From Candidatus Latescibacterota bacterium (GTDB lineage: Bacteria; Latescibacterota; UBA2968; GCA-2709665): DNA of 64,000 nt. The DNA is taken from contig OZ242180.1 of the NCBI GenBank assembly GCA_965205485.1, forward strand, positions 923,016-987,015, read 5' to 3'. Positions 19,101 through 27,921 of this stretch are shown here, in pieces (the stretch's first letter is position 1; each line of letters starts with the position of its first letter). The position numbers were made by a program, and so were the translations under genes. The notes beneath the pieces are model-generated. The model was not told the DNA's origin, searched no databases, and was given only the letters and a program-made list of their open reading frames with translations.

Positions 19101-19843
19101 ATCAGGTCCCAGACCAGGAACAGCCGCCACGCCCAGGAATAGATGAACAGCATATGCTCGAACAGCCAGTTCCCGGCATAGCGATTCCTGACCAGGTCCT
19201 CGTAGTAGAAGAGCGCGTCCCGGAACATCCGCGCGCAGCCGGGATCGTGGGTCAGGTGGTGGGCCAGACCCAGGAAGGTGCCCTGCTCGACAGGATAGTA
19301 GCTGAGATTGTCCCGGTACATCTCGGCCACCCAATCGCGGAAGGCCTCGGGCGTCATTTCCGGCAGCAGCGTCTCGTGAACCTCTGTCCGGGACAGATTC
19401 GTATACCCCAATCGCCCCCCGGTTTCTTCCAGTACGCGCTCCAGCACCTCGACCGCGTTGGCCGCGCCATCCAGCGTGCTGGCCCCCACCAGCAACGCGT
19501 TATAGCCGCAGTTCTCCGGATTGTGCACAGTCCTGATTGCATACCCGTCCCCGCCTGGATACCAGTCGTCCAGGAACGCGTATTGCCGCCGGTAAAGCGC
19601 CATGATCGAACCGTTGACCATCGCGTTGCCCAGCAGCACGCGGTGCCGGCCTTCCGGCAGGGGCGCCAGGCTTTCAGGATCTACGATCGGCAGGTCCACT
19701 CCCGCACGCGCGCGGATCATCTCACGCAGCCGCCGACCGAGACGCGCCCATTCCGGCTCTACCGGCGCCACGATCTCCGCCCCCTCCCGGAGGTCCGTGG
19801 TCAGGTGCATATCCTTCAACGTTTCAATGCGATCCTCGGCCAT
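16169..19843 (-). CDS. giant paralogue 1: heparinase II/III-like core with a C-terminal FG-GAP-type beta-propeller, no signal peptide
   Basis: 1224 aa. N-terminal block GRHRVLLGNAM...LYRRQYAFLDDWYPGGDGYAIRT. Central heparinase II/III-like motif LLLDGTSTFAHGHEDGNSI. C-terminal repeats of the DL(T/N)GDG..(E/Q)ILVG type. Intact frame. Confidence 0.8.
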   Translation of the reverse strand: MAEDRIETLKDMHLTTDLREGAEIVAPVEPEWARLGRRLREMIRARAGVDLPIVDPESLAPLPEGRHRVLLGNAMVNGSIMALYRRQYAFLDDWYPGGDGYAIRTVHNPENCGYNALLVGASTLDGAANAVEVLERVLEETGGRLGYTNLSRTEVHETLLPEMTPEAFRDWVAEMYRDNLSYYPVEQGTFLGLAHHLTHDPGCARMFRDALFYYEDLVRNRYAGNWLFEHMLFIYSWAWRLFLVWDLIEESDAFTDAERLRITNVLWGLANYVAGTRYFKAETPPPLEIRQNHWTFAGLSGSICTEYFQNYYGITGFEKQIRYSRAIFDGQANSYKPNDDAGGGWWGYCWLAPYHQVIYDLKRDDFRFLENGQLRTFADYGIQVTDNLGVPVSFGDMWSYIEQGRYAVALKNKTISLELAMALCTAAWYYEDASYLWALDWMGGAPFPGCYYRALPKRTPDRLAGVSVAPFNCSLYDWVERHAKGGANVAIEEAFDKLVLRGGFDSGDEYLLLDGTSTFAHGHEDGNSIGRLTWKGRMWLADLDYIWKRPRHHSSVVSICDGETVEMPPLVALKWAEAFGKTAFTRTVVPEYNGLDWTRDIFWVRGGFFLIADSLRLLRDADYDLRCLWRTLGEVRQDGCELTVEQEGVYFRLLNADDSEKSLLTEEARVAGTDPYELYPFADGPIRIFNQHKALHGRPGHVERYFNLMVAGSEAEIDAWRIERIGEGRVRVAHPDGLTVFGVDGGEARIGGLRVAAAAFALTESNLILLDATGLWANGVVFECDVPVHIVLYPGERAGEVRASKETRARTEGICIDGVVEPEADKLTAGTHRITLEAGLEDVLREAVRSGTPYEHRRAPGKYGFVPKDTSLRRLWEAQVRGPVRCADAKADSIAVGTGSGQVLVLDPEGRIRWTRETRAEVRAVHLADLKEGRLLAGGRDRALTLFDSGGGVCWKRRFSDSHGVDQNVNAVTTADLTGDGNQVILTATDGWLVWALASDGEEVWQRQIEHHAARTMVVGDVEGDGRQEILVGAEYYTSNLLEADGRIRWTVNGGPCFSALALADLNGDGVKESVYGAMDGNVYTVDSTSGEILWTANLGDDVRYGVTVPGHGFAAGSESGHVALLSGTGKKRWRRDLDGGVTGLVHLKEDEVETIVAGTSEGWVVFLSLDGEVVGSHRMEAGVTVIKSLTVYGESALLVGTDGGSVSAVSPGLRQKRPSTITN

Positions 19844-20069
19844 CGCGCATCCCTTGTAAAGGCAGTCACAAACTTGAAGCCTCTCAGTTTCACTTCCCGC
19901 ATTTCAATGGGCAGGCACCCACCGGGCGTGGCCACCGACTTCCGGCGACAAGAGCTCACCGACGTTCTGAGCGTAAACAGCCATCCTGCAGGACAAACTG
20001 CAGCAAGAACGACAACACAGGCTTTCCGACCGGATTTCTGGTCTGTGTTCATGGAATGTAGGTGACAGT

Positions 20070-20429
20070 TTGCCTCGATTCGCGTATCTTTCAGGTAGTC
20101 GCATAATCATCGATGTTCGGAGAATACTGACCGTGACAATAGAGACAATAAAAGAAATCGCAATTCCTGCATGTCGGGAATTCAGGGTAAAAAGATTGGA
20201 TCTGTTCGGATCATTGAGCCGGGGCCAGGGAACTGCTGTCAGCGACGTGGATCTGATCGTGGAGTTCGAGGATCCTACTATGTTTCCTTCGAAGAGGTTT
20301 TTCGGGCTTCTACACCATCTCGAGGACAACCTGAATTGCAAAGTTGATTTGCTTACGTTCAATGGACTCAAGAACCCCTACTTTCGTCGCAGCATCCTTG
20401 ACGAAAGGGTGAACATCTATGGACGATGA
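20070..20429 (+). CDS. minimal nucleotidyltransferase (MNT) antitoxin of an MNT/HepT pair
   Basis: Motif LFGSLSRGQGTAVSDVDLIVEF. The likely start is a GTG about 60 nt inside the ORF, preceded by GGAGAA. Low-GC islet. Confidence 0.8.
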   Translation: MPRFAYLSGSRIIIDVRRILTVTIETIKEIAIPACREFRVKRLDLFGSLSRGQGTAVSDVDLIVEFEDPTMFPSKRFFGLLHHLEDNLNCKVDLLTFNGLKNPYFRRSILDERVNIYGR

Positions 20430-20781
20430 GATACTCAAATACCTCTACGACATCAAGGATGCGGCCTCGGCAATCCTCAAGTTTGTTCAGGACAAGACCT
20501 ATGATGATTATCGAGAAGACGAACTGCTCAAGAGTGGCGTCGAACGAAAATTCGAAATAATCGGTGAAGCACTGAATAGATTGAAACGAGATAATCCGAA
20601 GTTACTCGATAGAATACGGGATCATCGCAGTATCATTTCATTCAGAAATATACTCGCGCATGATTACAACAGTATTGATCACACAATCGTATGGGGGATT
20701 ATTGAAGAAAACCTGGACAATCTCTATTCGGACGTGGGTAAATTACTCATCGATAATGAACCTGAATCGCCTGACGGATGA
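20419..20781 (+). CDS. HepT-like (DUF86/HEPN) toxin
   Basis: HEPN Rx4HxY motif FRNILAHDY. Overlaps the MNT gene by 11 nt. Confidence 0.8.
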   Translation: MDDEILKYLYDIKDAASAILKFVQDKTYDDYREDELLKSGVERKFEIIGEALNRLKRDNPKLLDRIRDHRSIISFRNILAHDYNSIDHTIVWGIIEENLDNLYSDVGKLLIDNEPESPDG

Positions 20782-20853
20782 CCCGCATCATACCTGACTC
20801 AATTCTGTGATCACGCCCCTGTCCGTGCCCGCCACACGAATTCCCTCTATTGC

Positions 20854-23607
20854 TTACTCAACCGGTAGCTCGACCAGAACGCTCGTTTGATCCTCGGAAC
20901 TGAAGACGCGTCTCCCGTCCAGTTCGGCAAACGTCCCGCCGTGCAAGACCACCGACCCGGCACCGTCAGGTCCCCGGCGCACCAGAATGGCGAGGGCGTC
21001 CGTGGTCAGCCCGCCCGCAGTAACTGTTTCATCTCCCGTTCTGAAGACAGCCAGAGCGGATCCATCCGGGCCGCTTACCCGGATGCCGATCCCGCCATGC
21101 CCCGTCACCCGCATCGCCGTAACCGGTTCAGCCTCAGCGGAACGCAGCGGCTGAAGCAGGTGAAGGTAATGCACGCTCTCCACCGGCCCCGGCGTCGGAA
21201 ACCGCAGATAGGGCCGCCGATCCGCATCCCGTGCGGCGGGCGTGGAATCGATCCTGACGGTCGACGCATCGGGCCATAGGTGCCTGATGTGCATCCATGC
21301 CGCGCGTCCCTCGATTCTGGACGTCTCTCCGGCGACTGCCACCTTGCCGTACGGGCTCAGCAGCCGCCACTCGATCTGTCTGGGTTGCTTTCCGGCGGTT
21401 TCGATCTCATCGAACAGCACCAGGTACCGCAGGTCCGGGTCGCCCTGCGGCTTCAGGAACATCAGATGGCGGCGATAGGTATCCAGCAGGGGCCGGTACG
21501 CGTGCGCCGCCTCCCCCCTTACGTAATCGTAGTCCCTTGAGAAATAGGTCTCCTCGATCCGGCCGCTCTTCGAAATTTCCTCTGGTCCCAGCCATTGCAA
21601 TTCGTACTCACGCGGCACAGGGCTTTCCTCGTGCACCGTCGGCTGTCCCCGTCCATCCACCAGAATCGTGTTTCGCCCCGGTGTGCCCTGGTACCAGGCC
21701 GTCAGATCGTACTGCGCCTGCGTCAGCGCCGCCTCCCCCGTCTTCGGTGTCCGCGGCGGCGACAATAGACGCTCCCCGAACGCGGTGAGCGTAAACGCAT
21801 TCTTGTCCCCCTGTTCCTTACTCACTTCCGGTCCGGACGTGAACGTGACGTGTACCCCTTCCGTGTGAAGCGTGTCGTATAACTTGACCAGCCCCAGGTC
21901 CCGGAAGTGAAACCCGGCCACGTCTTTCTTCGGAGCCGCCGGCGGCAGGCTCTCGTCGTAGAACAGGAACTCCCAGGGCCCGTGGAAATAGAGCCCCGTC
22001 GCCGCCGCAACTCCCAGCGTATACGTTCCGTCCATCTCCTCAACCGCCTTGGCGATCTCGTGTTCACCTGTAAATGCGATGCCCCTCACACGCCGCCCTC
22101 CGGACATCAGCATCAGCATTGCCTGCCCGGTATCCGACCGGTACTTACGCAGGGATGCCCGGATCTGGCCGGCGCGCAAGCTGGCGAATTCGAGGGCCGT
22201 CTCCCCCCGTTCTTCCGTCAGCGCCACCGGTCCAGCCAGGCGATCCACGATGTCCCCGCCGGCGTCGAAGACCTCCATAGAAAGGACCTCGACCCGGTCG
22301 CCCTCAACCCGAAGCGTGACCCTGTCGATCCCTTCCACGCGTTCGATATTCTGCCGATCCCGCAGGAGGCCATTCACTTCGATCTGCATCCCGCCGGTCC
22401 CGGCATCCCATCGCAGGGAGACCGTATAAAGGGTTTCAGGATGGTAGTGGACTTTGTCCCGGTTATACCAGTACGCCGGGTAACCCTTCATATCGGGCCG
22501 CAGGTCGTGCTTCAGGGCCAGCCACTGAAGCGCCGGGTCCCGCAGTCTGCCGGCGTGCGCCAGAAGGCCCGCCCGATCGTTATAATGCCCGCGCGACCTG
22601 AACATCTCCATCCCGAAAATCAGAAAGTGCGACAACTGGCGCAGCGGCCCGGTATCGAACAGGTCCGGCCCTCCGTTTCGGGCAAGCGCCTCCATAAACC
22701 GACCCCCGTCGCTCAGGCAGACCCCCAGCCAGCCGCGCCCCTCCATCCGCTCTCCGTCTCTCCCATAGGCCGCCGGCAGCAGGTAATCCCGCGTGAGCAC
22801 CAGACCCATATCCAGCCAGTCCCGCGCCTCTTCGACCTCGTACAGCAGCCCCAGACCCGCCAGTCCCTCAAGCGGTATGCTCCGCCACCTGTGGTTATTC
22901 GCAAGGGACCCCCGACGCGCCGCCGGGTCCTGCGTCAGCCAGTACGCATCCTTCTCGCACAGTTTCCGCCCCTTCTCGCGCAGTCCCGCAAGCAGACGTT
23001 CGCGTTCCTCCCGGGAGAATCGACCGGGAATCCAGTCGTAGACAATCACCGCTCCCGACAGAATCATGGCCGCCTCCATATCCCAGGGATCGGCAGCCGG
23101 ACCCCAGTTCTCCCAGCCCGCGTACGCCAGCGCCCAGGCCTTGGCGCGCCTGGCGAAGACCTCCTCTCCCGTCAGCAGGTATGCGAACGCGTACAACGGG
23201 CCATAGTATTGCATCGCGTATGCGTAAGACAGAAAATCGTAGGTCGCCTTCAGAAACGACCCGTCGTAACTGCCATCGGGTAAGCGGCTGTTGGACGCTC
23301 CCGCAGGCGGGTCCTTCGGGATCGGGTTTCTCAACGTCAGCCTGGCCGCCCGGACGATTCCCTCGGCGCACTCCCGGTACGGTTCCCGCCGGGCCATTTC
23401 GCGCAGACGCGGCACGTCTTCAGCCGTGAAGAAAAGGTAGGGATGCGTGCGTTCGGCCTCCAGCAACGCCCCGCTGATCCCCCGGTTTCCCAGCAGGTCC
23501 CTGATGTTCACAGGCTCACCCCCGAAAACCGAACTCCATGAAACCGCCATTGAGGCAACGAGTGGGCAGACCCCCGCCCATTCTGGTTTCGAAATGAAAC
23601 GCATCAT
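20854..23607 (-). CDS. secreted heparinase II/III-like polysaccharide lyase family protein
   Basis: 917 aa with an N-terminal signal-like region. Alpha/alpha-toroid-like N-terminal half and a beta-sandwich C-terminal half. The family assignment rests on overall architecture and is moderately certain. Confidence 0.65.
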   Translation of the reverse strand: MMRFISKPEWAGVCPLVASMAVSWSSVFGGEPVNIRDLLGNRGISGALLEAERTHPYLFFTAEDVPRLREMARREPYRECAEGIVRAARLTLRNPIPKDPPAGASNSRLPDGSYDGSFLKATYDFLSYAYAMQYYGPLYAFAYLLTGEEVFARRAKAWALAYAGWENWGPAADPWDMEAAMILSGAVIVYDWIPGRFSREERERLLAGLREKGRKLCEKDAYWLTQDPAARRGSLANNHRWRSIPLEGLAGLGLLYEVEEARDWLDMGLVLTRDYLLPAAYGRDGERMEGRGWLGVCLSDGGRFMEALARNGGPDLFDTGPLRQLSHFLIFGMEMFRSRGHYNDRAGLLAHAGRLRDPALQWLALKHDLRPDMKGYPAYWYNRDKVHYHPETLYTVSLRWDAGTGGMQIEVNGLLRDRQNIERVEGIDRVTLRVEGDRVEVLSMEVFDAGGDIVDRLAGPVALTEERGETALEFASLRAGQIRASLRKYRSDTGQAMLMLMSGGRRVRGIAFTGEHEIAKAVEEMDGTYTLGVAAATGLYFHGPWEFLFYDESLPPAAPKKDVAGFHFRDLGLVKLYDTLHTEGVHVTFTSGPEVSKEQGDKNAFTLTAFGERLLSPPRTPKTGEAALTQAQYDLTAWYQGTPGRNTILVDGRGQPTVHEESPVPREYELQWLGPEEISKSGRIEETYFSRDYDYVRGEAAHAYRPLLDTYRRHLMFLKPQGDPDLRYLVLFDEIETAGKQPRQIEWRLLSPYGKVAVAGETSRIEGRAAWMHIRHLWPDASTVRIDSTPAARDADRRPYLRFPTPGPVESVHYLHLLQPLRSAEAEPVTAMRVTGHGGIGIRVSGPDGSALAVFRTGDETVTAGGLTTDALAILVRRGPDGAGSVVLHGGTFAELDGRRVFSSEDQTSVLVELPVE

Positions 23608-23767
23608 GTCCGACTCAATGCGGTGATCCCACCCCGGTCCGTGCCTGCCAAAAGGGCCGGACCATCGGCGAGATCCAGGCCGGCAGGAAGCCCGGGGAGC
23701 TTGTTATTCCGATAGGATATGCTTACTTTAACCGGTCGATCGCGTCACACGCCGGGGAAGGACCAGG

Positions 23768-24902
23768 ATGGCAGCCGTAGTCCTAAAAGACGTCCGAAAG
23801 ATCTATAACGGAAACACCGTCGCGGTAGACGACTTCAGCCTTCGCGTCGAGGACGGCGAGTTCGTGGTGCTGGTGGGGCCCTCCGGATGCGGAAAATCGA
23901 CCACCCTCCGGCTGATTGCCGGCCTGGAGGAGGTGGACGGGGGCGAAATCCACATCGACGGATGCCTGACGAACGACCTTCCGCCCAAGGACAGGAATAT
24001 CGCGATGGTCTTCCAGAACTACGCCCTCTACCCCCACATGGACGCCTACCGGAATATGGCCTTCGGGCTGAAACTGAGAAAATATCCCAGGGAGGAGATC
24101 GACGACCGGGTGCGTGAGGCGGCGGACATCCTGGGAATCCGGGACCTGCTGCACCGAAAGCCGAAGGAACTCTCAGGCGGACAGCGTCAGCGGGTAGCCC
24201 TTGGCCGTGCTATCGTTCGGAAGCCGAAGGTCTTCCTATTCGACGAGCCCCTGTCCAACCTGGACGCCAGACTGCGGGTTCAGATGCGAACGGAACTCAG
24301 CAAGCTGCATGCACGGCTCAACGCGACCATGATTTACGTCACCCACGACCAGGTCGAAGCGATGACCATGGGCGACCGCCTCGTCGTCATGCAAGACGGA
24401 CGGATCCAGCAGGTCGGAGCCCCGGTCCACCTGTACCGGAGACCCGCGAACCGTTTCGTCGCCGGCTTTATCGGCAGCCCGGCAATGAATTTCCTCGAGG
24501 GCGAACTCGTCCGGGATGCCGGCCTGGCCTTCCGGGGAGACGGCCTCCGCCTCCCTGTACCGGACCGGCACCGGGACAGCCTGTCAGGATACATCGGCCG
24601 CCGCGTCATCCTTGGAATCCGCCCCGAGCACATCCACTACGCGTCTTCAGCCCTCGGACCCGGGGAGTCAGAAGACGTTTCCGCGAAGAGTCGACCTCGT
24701 CGAACCGATGGGACATGAGACCTTGCTCTACCTGACCGTCGGACGCGCCTCCTGCGTGGCCAGGGTGACCGCGGATCCCGCACCCGCGGTGGACAGCGAG
24801 GTCCGGCTCGCATTCGACCTCTCCGCCGTCCACTTCTTCGACCGGGAGACCGAAGCCGCGCTGCTCCGGATACACCCGAATAGCAAACCGACGCGGGGCT
24901 GA
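23768..24902 (+). pseudogene. sugar ABC transporter ATP-binding protein (MalK/UgpC-like), frameshifted near 24656-24665
   Basis: Walker [10 protein letters not shown], signature [10 protein letters not shown], Walker B VFLFDEP. The TOBE-domain tail ([15 protein letters not shown]) continues in the +1 frame after the homopolymer tract GGACCCGGGG. Most likely a single-base sequencing indel, otherwise a true frameshift. Confidence 0.7.
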
Positions 24903-24908
24903 AGGCGC

Positions 24909-25778
24909 TCAGGACTTCACCGCTCCCGACATCAGACCCGACGTCAACCGTTTCCTGACCAGCAGAAACAGCAGCACGGTGGGAACCGTCGCCACCACCG
25001 CGGTCGCCATCAGCAGGTTCCATTCCACCACGTTGTTCTTTTCCCACGCATAGAGCGCCATCGTGATCGGCTGCATTTCCCTCCGGGAAACGAGCACCAG
25101 CGCGAAGATGAACTCGTTCCAGGCGGTCACGAACGCAAAGATCGCGGTCGTCGCCAGCCCGGGTCCGGTCAGCGGCAGGGCGATCCTGAAGAGCATGCCC
25201 GTCCGGGACAGGCCGTCGATCATCGCGGCATCTTCCAGCTCTTCGGGAATGTGCCTGAAAAACCCCGCCAGTATCCAGATTGAAAAAGGCAGGGTAACGG
25301 CGGTATTCACCAGAATCAGGCCGCTGTAGGTGTCGAGAAGGTGGAGTGCCTTCATCACCTTGAACAGGGGAATCAGAACGATCACGGGGGAAAACATCTG
25401 CATCACGAGGATGCCCAGACCGAACACCCCGCGCCCGCGGAACCTGATGCGCGCCATCGCGTAGGCCGCCGGAGTCGCCAACGCAATGTTCAGAACCGTG
25501 GTTCCCGTGGCGATAATCATACTGTTCACCAGATGGCGCGCCATTGGAATCCGGACGAAGACGTCCACGTAATTCTGCCACGCAAACAGCCTGGGCACCA
25601 GCGTCGCCGGCGATTGGAACACTTCGCCCAGCGTCTTCAGGGAGGTCCCCGCAACCACCAGAAACGGAAACAGCGCGAAGGCGGCGACGCCCGCTATCAG
25701 GAGCGCCCGCAATACTTCGGCTGGCCGTACGCGGAACGGTCCCAACACTATACCTCCCGCCTGTAGAACACCCGCCAC
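24909..25778 (-). CDS. sugar ABC transporter permease (MalG/UgpE-like)
   Basis: EAA loop EAAMIDGLSRTGMLFRIALPL. Six TM segments. Confidence 0.8.
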   Translation of the reverse strand: MAGVLQAGGIVLGPFRVRPAEVLRALLIAGVAAFALFPFLVVAGTSLKTLGEVFQSPATLVPRLFAWQNYVDVFVRIPMARHLVNSMIIATGTTVLNIALATPAAYAMARIRFRGRGVFGLGILVMQMFSPVIVLIPLFKVMKALHLLDTYSGLILVNTAVTLPFSIWILAGFFRHIPEELEDAAMIDGLSRTGMLFRIALPLTGPGLATTAIFAFVTAWNEFIFALVLVSRREMQPITMALYAWEKNNVVEWNLLMATAVVATVPTVLLFLLVRKRLTSGLMSGAVKS

Positions 25779-26615
25779 TGAAGAAGACTGATCCCAAGCA
25801 GCAGGAAGAACGCCAGAACGGTGAGGGCGCCGGCCTGGCCGAAATTGAAATAGCCGAACGCGCGCCGGTAGATTTCGGTGACCATGATCTGGGTCTGGTT
25901 TGCCGGGCCTCCCCCCGTAATAACGTAGATGAAGACAAAGCTGTTGAAGGACCAGATCACGCTGACCAGCAGAACCGCCAGCGTAACCGGACGCAGGAGC
26001 GGCAGGGTGATATGGCGGAACTGGCGGAATTCCGTAGCCCCGTCAATCCTGGAAGCCTCGTACAGATCGCCGGGGATCGACTGCAGCGCCGACAGGAATG
26101 CGAACGTGGTGAACGGCAGGGCCGTCCACAACCGGGCAACCAGCGCACCCGGCAAAGGCCGTTGAAGCGTCCGTCAGCCACTGAACCGGCGTATCGATGA
26201 GTTGCAGGCCCAGCAGAAGCGAATTCAGGTGCCCGTACTCGCCGTTGTACATCCACTTCCAGGTGATCGCCGCCACCACCAGCGGCATGGCCCAGGCCAG
26301 GATCAGCATGCCCCGGACCCATTCGCTCAAAACCGACTCCCGGCTCAACAACAGCGCCACGCCCAGACCCAATCCCACGTTCATCGCGACCGCCAGGGCC
26401 GTCCACAAGGCCGTGTTCTTCAGCACCAGCAGAAACAGATCGTCCTGCAGGAGTCCGAGGTAATTCCCAATCCCGGCAAACGTCTCTCCCTTGTAGGACG
26501 TGTGATAGAGACTCGTCTCCATCACGTCAAGAATGGGATATCCCATAAACAGAAACAACCACACCGCCGCGGGGGCAACGTAGAGGTACGCCAGCCGTCG
26601 TTTCTCCCGCTCCAT
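25748..26615 (-). pseudogene. sugar ABC transporter permease (MalF/UgpA-like), frameshifted near 26154-26156
   Basis: The N-terminal ORF (MEREKRRLAYLYVAPAAVW...QWLTD) and the C-terminal ORF (PGALVARLWTALPF...EASRIDGATEFRQF, which carries the EAA loop) are in different frames, joined at an A/T homopolymer. A single-base indel restores a normal MalF-type protein. Confidence 0.65.
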
Positions 26616-26636
26616 GCGGCCTCCTTAAAAGCTGTC

Positions 26637-27903
26637 TTAAAATTCCCTGCGATCCTCGCGCGGAAGCGTCGGGTCTTCCAGTTCTCTCATCAGACGCGCA
26701 TAAACCTTGTCCAGCGCCTCACGCGGAGACGCCGTACCCGCCAGAACCATCTGAATCGCCTCTCCCCATCCATCCTGGATCTTCGTCCATTCCGGGTGCT
26801 TCGGCGTCAGTTTGATCAGGTCCGCCTGCGCCAGGTAATTCCGGATCGGCAGGGTCCTGTAATACGCGTGCTCTGACACCGTCCCGGTCACCGGCACGCC
26901 CCCGTTTTCCACGTCCATCAACTCCCGATTTTCCGGCCGCTGCGTAAAGCGGATGAAGTCATACGCCAGGTCTTTCTGCTTCGACGTGGAGAACACGGAG
27001 AGAATGTCCAGAATCAGCAGCATCTTCCGGTCCCGACCCGCCGGCGTCATCAGCGGCTCGCACGCGACTCCGGCATCCCTGCAGCGCCCGTACTGCCAGG
27101 GTCCGCTGAACGTGAGACCTGCCTTTCCCGCATCCATGACCGCATAGCAGTCATCCGCGTTCAGATTCAGGATGCCCGGCGGCATGGCCCTGTCCACGAG
27201 GTGCAGATCCGTGAGAAACGTCACGTACGCCACCGCCTCGGCGCTGTTGATGGCAAGCCGGCCGTCGCCGTCGAAGAAGTCGGCGCCGAAGCCCCACATC
27301 ATCGCGATCTGTTCCTGCATCAGGTGTTTCGGCCTTCCCGCTCCCACACAGATCCCGTAGCGTTCGGGCGGGCTGTTCAGCTTGATTGCCAGGTCCCGGA
27401 CCGCCTCCCACGTTTCGGGGTGTCCGCTTATCCCTTCCTCTTCCATCCAGTCCCTGCGCGCGTAGAGAACCCGGTTGGCGCCCCACAGCGGCACCCCGTA
27501 CGTCTTTCCCCTGTATTCGCCCGCGCTCAGAGCCGTGGAAATCCACGCGTTGCGTTCGTCAGCCGACATGTAGTCGTCCAGAGGCTCCAGCACCCCGCGC
27601 TCCGCGTACTCCGAAATCATCCCCATGAACAGATACCCGAGGTCCGGAAGCGTTCCTCCCTGTATCATGGTATTGTAGACCGTCGGACCCTGATCGTACG
27701 GGATGAACCTCTGCTCGATCCGCACGCCCGGATGTTCCGCTTCGAATCCCTCCTTCCACGCCCGGAACGCTTCCCGTTGCGGGCCCATCCAGGCGATTCT
27801 GAGCGTCGTCTTCTCACCGGGCGATCCATCGTCGGACCCGCCGCAGGCGGCAAGCGCGTAAACGAATAACCAGCCCACCGATAGCCATCGACCCATCTGC
27901 ATG
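26637..27903 (-). CDS. extracellular solute-binding lipoprotein, family 1 (sugar ABC substrate-binding protein)
   Basis: Lipobox LAACGG. ATG at 27903 has an AGGAGAAG Shine-Dalgarno. Sequence features are typical of a family-1 sugar-binding SBP. Confidence 0.8.
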
Positions 27904-27921
27904 TTACGCTTCTCCTGTCTT

